A DNA stretch of 45,868 nt from Rhodospirillaceae bacterium (GTDB taxonomy: Bacteria > Pseudomonadota > Alphaproteobacteria > UBA8366 > GCA-2717185): positions 1-45,868 of the forward strand of contig JABJJH010000037.1 of NCBI GenBank assembly GCA_018660965.1, given 5' to 3'. The stretch's first letter is position 1. Each line of letters opens with the position of its first letter. The position numbers and the translations under genes are program-made. The notes under the pieces are model-generated. The model worked only from the letters and a program-made list of their open reading frames with translations, was not told the DNA's origin and searched no databases. This document shows, piece by piece, positions 28,406 to 36,390 of the stretch.

Positions 28406-29235
28406 GGAAACAGCGTCTCGCCTTCGCGGGCGACAAGCGTCCCCGGGCGTCGGGCTTCCGCGTCTTTCGCCACCTGGTCCATGAAATCGTCGTCATGCGA
28501 CGGTTCATGGTGAAACAAAACAAGGGTCTTGGCGCCCGCCGCTTCGACCAGGCGAACGCCTTCCTCCCACGTTGAATGCCCAAACCCCTTGAAGTTCGGG
28601 TATTCCGCATCGGTATACGTCGCGTCGTAAATGACCAGATCCGCATCCTGGATAAGCGCGATGATCGCGTCGTCGCGTTCACCCTCTTTATGTTCGGTGT
28701 CGGTGATATAGCACAGCGCGCGGCCATCGAATTCGACGCGATATCCCGTCGCCTGGTTTGGGTGGTTGAGCGCGCAAGTGCGAATTGTCACGCCATCGCC
28801 CGGCTTTAATGTTTTCCCGCACTGGAAATCGGCATAGGACACATCGGCCTGAAAAACCGTCGGCGGCACGGGAAATAGCGGCGCCATCATCATCTCGATC
28901 AGCACATGCTCCAGGCCCAGCGGCGCCTCCAGATGGCCCGCCCACAACCGGATTTCATTGCCCGGCACAAAGAGTGGTCCGAAAAAAGGCAACCCGCAGA
29001 CATGATCGAAATGCGTATGGGTTAGAAATAAATCCGCCTTGCACGGGCGTAACCCCATAAGCGTTTGGCCAAAGTTACGCAGCCCCGTACCCGCGTCGAA
29101 AATCAAACGGTGATCGCCACACATGACTTCCAGGCATGAGGTGTTGCCGCCATACCGCACGGTCAATGGGCCCGGACACGCAATGCTGCCGCGCACGCCC
29201 CAGAACTTGACGAAAAAATCCTGCTTTGCCGTCAT
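28402..29235 (-). CDS. MBL-fold metallo-hydrolase
   Basis: LFLTHTHFDHVCGLPFF (HxHxDH motif) plus downstream His/Asp ligand regions. Confidence 0.85.
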   Translation of the reverse strand: MTAKQDFFVKFWGVRGSIACPGPLTVRYGGNTSCLEVMCGDHRLIFDAGTGLRNFGQTLMGLRPCKADLFLTHTHFDHVCGLPFFGPLFVPGNEIRLWAGHLEAPLGLEHVLIEMMMAPLFPVPPTVFQADVSYADFQCGKTLKPGDGVTIRTCALNHPNQATGYRVEFDGRALCYITDTEHKEGERDDAIIALIQDADLVIYDATYTDAEYPNFKGFGHSTWEEGVRLVEAAGAKTLVLFHHEPSHDDDFMDQVAKDAEARRPGTLVAREGETLFP

Positions 29236-29241
29236 GCCAAA

Positions 29242-29928
29242 TCAGGGGACCAAGCGATAGCCGCCGGGCTCCGTCACCAGAATTTTTGAATTAGACGGGT
29301 CCCGTTCGATTTTTTGCCGTAACCGGTAAACATGCGTTTCAAGCGTATGCGTCGTGACGCCGGCGTTATACCCCCAGACCTCGTCCAACAAAGTGTCCCG
29401 ATCAACGACCTTGTCTCCCGTCCGGTACAAATATTTCAGGATAGAGGTTTCCTTTTCCGTCAACCGAACCTTCTGTTCCGTTTCATCGTCGACAAGTATT
29501 TTCCCGCTTGGTCGAAACGTGTAGGGCCCAATCGTGAAAACCGCATCCTCGCTTTGTTCGTGTTGGCGAAGCTGAGCCCGCAGGCGCGCCAGCAACACGC
29601 CAAGCCGAAACGGCTTGGTCACGTAATCATTCGCACCGGCGTCCAGGCCCAAAATCGCATCCGCATCCGTGTCGGCGCCGGTCAACATGATTATCGGCGA
29701 TTTAACCCCGTTGCGGCGCATCAAACGGCAGGCTTCGCGACCGTCCATGTCCGGCAATCCGACATCCAGAAGAATTGCGTCGAAATAATCATTCTTTACA
29801 ATTTCCAGCCCGTCGGCCGCCGTGCCCGCAACGGTGGTTTCGAATTCCTCGTGCAGCCGCAACTGTTCCGCCAACGAACCGCGAAGCGCGTCATCATCGT
29901 CCACCAACAATACTTTTTTTCCCGTCAT
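29242..29928 (-). CDS. OmpR-family response regulator transcription factor (resembles the alphaproteobacterial CenR group)
   Basis: Receiver KVLLVDDDD...AILLDVGLPDMDG...TKPF and winged helix VWGYNAGVTTHTLETHVYRLRQKIE. ATG 29928 has GAGGA 4 nt upstream. The CenR likeness is from memory. Confidence 0.9.
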   Translation of the reverse strand: MTGKKVLLVDDDDALRGSLAEQLRLHEEFETTVAGTAADGLEIVKNDYFDAILLDVGLPDMDGREACRLMRRNGVKSPIIMLTGADTDADAILGLDAGANDYVTKPFRLGVLLARLRAQLRQHEQSEDAVFTIGPYTFRPSGKILVDDETEQKVRLTEKETSILKYLYRTGDKVVDRDTLLDEVWGYNAGVTTHTLETHVYRLRQKIERDPSNSKILVTEPGGYRLVP

Positions 29929-30017
29929 TCGATCCTCGTTGCCCATTCTTGGCGCGCACGACGTCATTATACTGCAATTGGAAAAATTTCGCCATTTTCT
30001 ACATAACTTTCACGGCC

Positions 30018-30812
30018 TTATGATGTGTTGTCTGCGCCGGGTACGGCGAGAAGATCCATGTGCCCCAACCGCAACCGCAAGACGCCGCGCTCTATCTCAT
30101 GGCGCCGACGCGCCAGCCAATCCGACGCATCCAGGCCATATGGCAGAACGGCGGCGGCGATCATCCGCGTTAAAGCGTCCAATAAACCCGCATCGGCGGC
30201 GCCAAGACGCCAATCGGCGCGACGGCTGGACACCATGAACCCGTGCGTCGTTAAAATCCGGATCATCGCCATTGCGGCCCCGCCGCCCAGCGCAGGACCG
30301 AATCCCTTGTCGCGCCGTTGATCGCGGGCGAATAGCGCCATGATGTCATTGTCTCGGTCATGCGCCGGGCTCCACCGCCACCGGCCATCCACGCTCAACG
30401 CCAACAGCAAGGGAACGCCGCATACGGACCGCGCGAAGTCGTCAAACCAGTCCTCGGACACAAGGTCGAAAAACGCCGACGCAGTGACGCCGTCCACCCC
30501 AGCCAATAACTCCGGCGAAATTCCGGGGGTTAAATCGGCGATAACGACGTCGGCGCACCCGTTCAAGCCTCGCGCCCGCATCAACAAGTCCGGATCGCCA
30601 TCAACAAGAGTCCAGTCCGGCGCCAGGCCCGGCGCCGACCAGCCCGTTTCGGTTTCGAAATAAAATGCGTTGGCGCCGGCGCCGGACGCCACATCCAAAA
30701 CGCGCGGGTGCGCCGGGAGTTGCTTGATAAAGCGGTCCGCCAAAGTCTGCGACCGCGCAGCGCTATCGGCCTGTACGCGCAAGCTCAACCAGTCACCAGC
30801 AAAGGATTCCAT
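30018..30812 (-). CDS. Class I SAM-dependent methyltransferase
   Basis: RVLDVASGAGANAFYF (motif I) and VVIADL (post-I acidic region). Confidence 0.7.
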   Translation of the reverse strand: MESFAGDWLSLRVQADSAARSQTLADRFIKQLPAHPRVLDVASGAGANAFYFETETGWSAPGLAPDWTLVDGDPDLLMRARGLNGCADVVIADLTPGISPELLAGVDGVTASAFFDLVSEDWFDDFARSVCGVPLLLALSVDGRWRWSPAHDRDNDIMALFARDQRRDKGFGPALGGGAAMAMIRILTTHGFMVSSRRADWRLGAADAGLLDALTRMIAAAVLPYGLDASDWLARRRHEIERGVLRLRLGHMDLLAVPGADNTS

Positions 30813-30821
30813 GACGGATCG

Positions 30822-31904
30822 CTACACAGTAAGCGGCGTCGCGCGAATTGCCGCCTCAAGCACGGTGTCAAACTTGGCGGCGGCGGCGCCCCAGGACGGC
30901 AATTGACGACCAGCCCGCGCCGCACCCGCAGCCAGCCCACATCGCAACGGCGCATCCGTCATGACCCGGTCCAGCGCATCGGTTAACGCCGCCGCGTCGC
31001 CAACAGGAACAAGCAATCCGCAATCCGCCTGCACGGTGTCGGCGACCGCCCCACCGCCACTGCCGACAATGGGAAGGCTCTGCGCCATCGCTTCGGCGAA
31101 GGCCATACCATAGCCTTCGAATTCCGATGCCAGCACGAACACATCGGCGCGGCGGTATTCGGCTTGTAGCTGCGCATCGTCAAGTTCGCCCGTCAGATGG
31201 ATACGGTCCACTAGGTCTTCACGGTCGATCAGTTCGCGAACTTCAGCGGTCGTCGCGGAGTCCGCGCGCAACGATCCCACGATGGTCAATCGCCAATCGC
31301 GCGTGCGGCACGCGGCCAAGGCGGAAATCAATATTCGATACCCCTTGCGCGGGATCACAGACCCGACGGACAACAATCGCAACGGACCGGTTTCGTCGCA
31401 GTCTGGAATTATCGCGGTGGAAACAGGTTTCGTGCCCGGTGTCACCACGGAAATATTTTTGCGCGAAACGCCCGCCCGCAGCACTGAAGTCGCCGTGGTC
31501 GGGCTGGTGACAATGACGCTCCGCGCCGCGCCAAGGCATCGGATCTCGATTTCGCCAAGCACGCATCTGTCAGCGTCATCAAGACTGGTTTCATCCGCCA
31601 GAAGATGATGGATGAGGGCGATTATGCAAAGACGCGGCGCGTTACGCTCAACCAGCGACGCGAACGCAGGCAAGGCCAATCCATCCACAATCACGAGCGC
31701 GCCGTCGAGCGCCGACTCGATCATGTTTGTCGCCGCCGTTACGGCCGTGGCGTCAGGGCGCGGGAACCGCCCTTCCAGCTCATGCAAGCGCACATCGCGC
31801 CCGCGCTTCCGCAACCCGTCGATAATGCGTCGGTCATAGCCGTACCCACCGGTCTTGCGTTGGATCGTTCCGGGAACGACAAAATGAATCGACCGCTTAT
31901 CCAT
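30822..31904 (-). CDS. Glycosyltransferase family 4
   Basis: GGYGYDRRIIDGL N-terminal region and EGYGMAFAEAMAQSLPIVGSGGGAVADTV (E-x7-E). Confidence 0.85.
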   Translation of the reverse strand: MDKRSIHFVVPGTIQRKTGGYGYDRRIIDGLRKRGRDVRLHELEGRFPRPDATAVTAATNMIESALDGALVIVDGLALPAFASLVERNAPRLCIIALIHHLLADETSLDDADRCVLGEIEIRCLGAARSVIVTSPTTATSVLRAGVSRKNISVVTPGTKPVSTAIIPDCDETGPLRLLSVGSVIPRKGYRILISALAACRTRDWRLTIVGSLRADSATTAEVRELIDREDLVDRIHLTGELDDAQLQAEYRRADVFVLASEFEGYGMAFAEAMAQSLPIVGSGGGAVADTVQADCGLLVPVGDAAALTDALDRVMTDAPLRCGLAAGAARAGRQLPSWGAAAAKFDTVLEAAIRATPLTV

Positions 31905-32310
31905 CTTCGCGGATGGCCGCTTCGTAGGCGGCCCAGGCGTCTGGTTTTTCGCGCAAGGTCACGCCAACCCGCGCCACCTGATCCACCGCATCGCCACCCA
32001 ATCGATCTTCGCGAATTCCAGCGACAAAACGGTCGAAGATATCTTTCGCCAGGACTTCCGTGGTTGTGTTGCGTCCCGTAAATTCCGGCAAGTCGTCAAG
32101 ATTTCGATACGATAGCGGCGCCAGCACGTCGCCCAATAATGCCGCCGCACGGCCAATATCGGCGACAATGCCATTTTCATCCAGGGTGCGGCGGGACATC
32201 GTTATTTCCACCACATAGGTGGCGCCGTGCAACCGTTGCGCCGGACCGAAGATATCCCCTGCAAGCGAATGTGCTATCATCACGCTATTGGATACGGTCA
32301 CGCTGAACAT
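31897..32310 (-). CDS. 6-pyruvoyl-tetrahydropterin / 6-carboxytetrahydropterin synthase (PTPS/QueD) fold protein, non-canonical active site
   Basis: 137 aa. IAHSL...RLHGATYVVE...YRNLDD...NTTTEVLAKDIF follows the QueD/PTPS layout, but the HGH motif reads HGA and the usual Cys is absent. Confidence 0.78.
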   Translation of the reverse strand: MFSVTVSNSVMIAHSLAGDIFGPAQRLHGATYVVEITMSRRTLDENGIVADIGRAAALLGDVLAPLSYRNLDDLPEFTGRNTTTEVLAKDIFDRFVAGIREDRLGGDAVDQVARVGVTLREKPDAWAAYEAAIREDG

Positions 32311-32334
32311 AAAGTCGGCCTCCGGATTGATCTC

Positions 32335-33315
32335 TTAGGAATATGTCACAACGTGACAAAGGGTGTCACCCGGGTCGCTCACCAGGCTAGCCATTGTTTC
32401 CGGTAAATCCTCGAACGCCGAGCGGCCTGTAATCAAGCAATCGAACATAGGGTCCCGCAATAACCCCATTGCGAATGTCAGCCGATCGCGCCGGGTTCGC
32501 CGCGACCGGCGGCTGGCGGCGACGGCGCCAACCTGACTGGCGCGAATGGACAACCGCTTGGCGTGAAACGCCTCGCCGAGCGGCGCCGACACCGCGCGGT
32601 CGCCATACCAGCTCATCTCGATAATAGGTGCCTCGAATCCGGCCAGCCCCAGCGCCGTCGTCAAGCCCGCGCTCACGCCACTGGCGTGGAAGACAATATC
32701 AGCCGATCCTGTCGCGTCCTTCGGGGCGGCGAAGCCAACATTTAGAGCGGCCGCCACCGCCGCACGGTTCGGGTTGACGTCCACCAACTGAACCCGCGCG
32801 CCGGGCAAGCGCCCACACAACGCCGCCACCATGCAACCGACAACGCCGCCGCCGACCACCGCAATCCGGTCGCCGATCCGGGGGCCCGAATCCCACATCG
32901 CGTTGACGGCGGTTTCCATGTTGGCCGCCAAAACGGCCCGGTCGTCGGAAACATCGTCGGGAATGGTGATCACCGATGCGGCGGGAGCGACATACCGGTC
33001 CTGATGCGGATATAAACAAAACACCCGCGCGCCACTGTCCTGGACAACGCCAGCGGACGCATACCCGTATTTAACCGGCGCGGGAAAGTCGCCGTCCTGG
33101 AACGGACATCGCATCGCGGAATATTGGCTTTCGGGTACGTGGCCCATAAACACCAACGCTTCGGTGCCCCGGCTTATGGCGCTGCGAACCGTTTCGACCA
33201 CGACATCATCGGGTCCTGGCGCATGAACGGGCGCGGCGCGAATTTCGCCACGGCCCGGCGCCGCCACCCAAAACGACCGTTCGACCGCTTTGTTCAGCAT
33301 CGAGGCTTCACCCAT
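32335..33315 (-). CDS. Medium-chain (zinc-type) dehydrogenase/reductase family protein
   Basis: GroES-like N-terminal region and Rossmann motif RIAVVGGGVVGCMVAAL. The start overlaps the upstream gene by 8 nt. Confidence 0.78.
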   Translation of the reverse strand: MGEASMLNKAVERSFWVAAPGRGEIRAAPVHAPGPDDVVVETVRSAISRGTEALVFMGHVPESQYSAMRCPFQDGDFPAPVKYGYASAGVVQDSGARVFCLYPHQDRYVAPAASVITIPDDVSDDRAVLAANMETAVNAMWDSGPRIGDRIAVVGGGVVGCMVAALCGRLPGARVQLVDVNPNRAAVAAALNVGFAAPKDATGSADIVFHASGVSAGLTTALGLAGFEAPIIEMSWYGDRAVSAPLGEAFHAKRLSIRASQVGAVAASRRSRRTRRDRLTFAMGLLRDPMFDCLITGRSAFEDLPETMASLVSDPGDTLCHVVTYS

Positions 33316-34234
33316 CGTTAAAGCCGCAATCGAACAAAATATCGTCTCCGAAATCGAACCGGCGTACAGTCGGGCGCCGTCCCTCGGCCAGGGTTTCCAC
33401 CGGCGGCAACGTTATGGCCGGGCGACCCGAGCCCAGAATCATCGGCGCGACGGTGATATGCAGCCGGTCGAGACATCCGGCCTGCAGAAATCGCGACACC
33501 GTCACGCCACCGCCTTCGACAAAAATTCGCGACAATCCACGCGCGGCCAAAACCTCCAAAATCGCGTGGGGACACAGGCCCGTTTCCACTGAATTATCAA
33601 CAAGTCCTGCGGCAAGTCCCGTGGCGGCGCGGCGCGCCCCCAGAACCATGGACAAGCCGTGCCGATCACGATCGCCGGCCAACGCTTCATCGCAAATCAG
33701 CAATGTCTCGGCGGCGCCGTCCTGAAACACATCGAAATCGACCCCAAGGCGGCGGCGCGGGTCAAGCACCACGCGAACCGGATTGTCGCCATCGCACAAC
33801 CGCACGGTCAAGCGCGGATTATCGGAGGCGACCGTACCCGCCCCGACGACCACGGCGTCGAACAACGCCCGCATCCGGTGATTGTGCAGTATGTCCACCG
33901 GGCCTGTGACGAAGTGCGAAGCGCCGGTCACGGTGGCGATCCGACCGTCAAGACTCTGTCCCAAATGCGCCGCGACATACGCGTCCTGACCGGCGCATAG
34001 CGGTCCGTATAACGCCATCAACGATGGCCATGGCGGCGGTGTTGTTTCCAGATTAATGGGTTGGCGATTCCATCGGTAATCAAGCAAAGTGCGCCAGTTT
34101 TCGTCAGGTATCTCGCAATAAGCCAGATTTTCCTCGACTAAATTTGCGGATACATCAATGGTGCGGGTCAAACCGTTGGTCAATTCATGGGACCGTTTAT
34201 TATTTTCCATTAGCCAATTCCGCTGTTCGACCAT
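33308..34234 (-). CDS. RibD C-terminal (pyrimidine reductase / DHFR-like) domain protein with an about 85-aa N-terminal extension
   Basis: GQSLDGRIATVTGASHFVTGP...HRMRALFDAVVVGAGTVASDNPRLTVR...NPVRVVLD...IFVEGGGVTVSRFL. I see no cytidine-deaminase HAE/PCxxC motif. Confidence 0.8.
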   Translation of the reverse strand: MVEQRNWLMENNKRSHELTNGLTRTIDVSANLVEENLAYCEIPDENWRTLLDYRWNRQPINLETTPPPWPSLMALYGPLCAGQDAYVAAHLGQSLDGRIATVTGASHFVTGPVDILHNHRMRALFDAVVVGAGTVASDNPRLTVRLCDGDNPVRVVLDPRRRLGVDFDVFQDGAAETLLICDEALAGDRDRHGLSMVLGARRAATGLAAGLVDNSVETGLCPHAILEVLAARGLSRIFVEGGGVTVSRFLQAGCLDRLHITVAPMILGSGRPAITLPPVETLAEGRRPTVRRFDFGDDILFDCGFNDG

Positions 34235-34245
34235 ATATCAATCAG

Positions 34246-34998
34246 ATGACGGATTCCACCGCGTTAAGCCGCCCTTTGGACCATGCTGGATGCACATTGC
34301 TGGCGACTGGCGGGCTTGTGGCGGCGCTGATGTGGTGGACCAATCCATCCCTCGCCGCCAGTTTCACCGCTGCGGGCGCGTATTTCGCCGCTGCGATGAT
34401 GGTGCTGGCGATTGGCGCACGCGGCGGCGCCCTGCGCCGCTTTGGCCACGCGAACCGGATCACATGGCTGCGGACCGCCCTCGCCGCGATGTTGGCCGGG
34501 TTCGCGATTGACGCCTCGACCGCCAATGCCGCCATCTGGTGGGGCGTCATCAGCGCCGCCTGCATCGCGCTGGCCCTGGACGGGCTGGATGGGTTTGTCG
34601 CGCGACGGCGCAATGAGTGCACCGCTTTCGGCGCGCGGTTTGACATGGAAACCGACGCCGCCCTGATCCTGGTTCTTACGGTATTGGTCTGGCAGTCCGG
34701 CAAAACCGGGTCTTGGGTTTTGATTATTGGTGCGATGCGCTATGTTTTCATTGCGGTGGGGCATGTTTATCCGATATTGACCTCCCCATTACCGCCAAGC
34801 ATACGCCGCAAGTTGGTTTGCGTCGGTCAAGTCGTTGGTCTCGTCCTGTGCCTTTTGCCGATCATTCCCACGGAAATTGCTTCCTTCATGGCCAGCCTGG
34901 CGCTGGCGGCCTTGACCTTGTCCTTCGCCAAGGACGTAATGACGTTAATACGACCAGAACCAAACGAACACCTTACCGGGCGAACACTGTATAAATAG
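34246..34998 (+). CDS. CDP-alcohol phosphatidyltransferase family membrane protein
   Basis: DGLDGFVARRRNECTAFGARFDMETDAA matches D-G-x2-A-R-x8-G-x3-D-x3-D (nt 34579-34656). The protein has multiple hydrophobic helices. Confidence 0.8.
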   Translation: MTDSTALSRPLDHAGCTLLATGGLVAALMWWTNPSLAASFTAAGAYFAAAMMVLAIGARGGALRRFGHANRITWLRTALAAMLAGFAIDASTANAAIWWGVISAACIALALDGLDGFVARRRNECTAFGARFDMETDAALILVLTVLVWQSGKTGSWVLIIGAMRYVFIAVGHVYPILTSPLPPSIRRKLVCVGQVVGLVLCLLPIIPTEIASFMASLALAALTLSFAKDVMTLIRPEPNEHLTGRTLYK

Positions 34999-35001
34999 CC
35001 A

Positions 35002-36192
35002 ATGACACACGGAACACAGCCACCAACGATGACGCGCCAGACTCAGACTAAAACACAGGCCCAGGCTCAAGCGCAGGACCAGAGCCGGGCCTTAAATCGG
35101 AGTGTCACCGCCGTCGCACGGGCGATAGGCGATTTACGCCGTGGCGCGCCCGTTGTTCTGCGCGCCGCCCAATCAGCCATCATCGTCGCGGCCGCCGAAA
35201 ACGGCCCCGGCGCCTTGACCGCCGTGACAGATCATGACGCCGCCTGCGTCATCACGGCGCCACGCGCCCAGGCGCTGGGATTGGATCAAGGCGACGCGAC
35301 GGCGATCGTGATTGAGTCGCCAGACCCGTTAAGCGTGCTGGACATCGAAACCATCATCGGCGACGCCGCAGCGCAGAACCCCACGCTCTTGGGATCGACG
35401 CTGTCGGGTTCAACGGCGAACCCGTTGCAGATGGCGGCGGTTGAACTGGTGAAATTGGCCCGATTATTGCCAGCCGCGCTGGTGAGCGATTGCCCCCCTG
35501 CGACAAACGCCACGCCAGAAGTTACTCCGGAAGCCTATGCCGCGCAGGAAAACCTGCTGATCGTCGACGCAGACGACATCGTACGTTATCGCGCCGCCAG
35601 CGAAGAACTGCTCGACGCGGTGGTTGAAGTCGATGTGCCGTTGGCCGGCGCTGAAAACACCCGGATGGTCGCATTCCGCCCCGCCGATGGCGGCAAAACC
35701 CATCTTGCGATTATCGTCGGCGCCCCCGACCCCGCCGAACCGGTGCTGACCCGATTGCATTCCGAATGTTTCACGGGGGACCTTCTGGGAAGCCTTCGTT
35801 GCGATTGCGGCGATCAGTTGCGCGGCGCGATTGACGCCATTGCCGCCGCCGGAGGTGGTATTCTTCTCTACCTGGCGCAGGAAGGGCGCGGCATCGGACT
35901 GGTCAACAAGCTCCGCGCTTACCAATTGCAGGACGCGGGGTTCGACACCATCGACGCCAATGAACGTTTAGGCTTTGACGCCGACGAGCGCGTCTATACG
36001 CCAGCCGCCAACATGCTGAAGCAACTGGGATACCGCTCGGTGCGCCTGATGACCAACAACCCGGTCAAGGTCGCAGCGTTGAGCGCGCACGGGGTCATGG
36101 TGTCGGACCGTGTACCGCACGCCTTTCCCGCCAATGGACACAACGAACACTACCTTCAGACCAAGGCCGCTCGCGGCGGCCATATCCTGTAA
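35002..36192 (+). CDS. GTP cyclohydrolase II (RibA-like) with a degenerate RibB-like N-terminal domain
   Basis: LHSECFTGDLLGSLRCDCGDQL (Zn Cys triad) and LLYLAQEGRGIGLVNKLRAYQLQDAGFDTIDAN. The N-terminal half resembles DHBP synthase but lacks an acidic NEGD-type catalytic motif. Confidence 0.9.
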   Translation: MTHGTQPPTMTRQTQTKTQAQAQAQDQSRALNRSVTAVARAIGDLRRGAPVVLRAAQSAIIVAAAENGPGALTAVTDHDAACVITAPRAQALGLDQGDATAIVIESPDPLSVLDIETIIGDAAAQNPTLLGSTLSGSTANPLQMAAVELVKLARLLPAALVSDCPPATNATPEVTPEAYAAQENLLIVDADDIVRYRAASEELLDAVVEVDVPLAGAENTRMVAFRPADGGKTHLAIIVGAPDPAEPVLTRLHSECFTGDLLGSLRCDCGDQLRGAIDAIAAAGGGILLYLAQEGRGIGLVNKLRAYQLQDAGFDTIDANERLGFDADERVYTPAANMLKQLGYRSVRLMTNNPVKVAALSAHGVMVSDRVPHAFPANGHNEHYLQTKAARGGHIL

Positions 36193-36390
36193 CCCCACGC
36201 CCTTACGGTCCTGCTCACTAATTTGACGGCGCAACGGCCCAACCTACGGCTGATCCTGCCGTTCGGGGGACAAGCTTGCCGCATGACCGGGGCAAAAGAT
36301 TCCGCCGCGCGCCTTACCATCCGCCAAAACCCGTGAAAATTCACATTCCCGCGTGGCGCCGGGTTTGCAAGTGATATGGCGGAGACAAAT

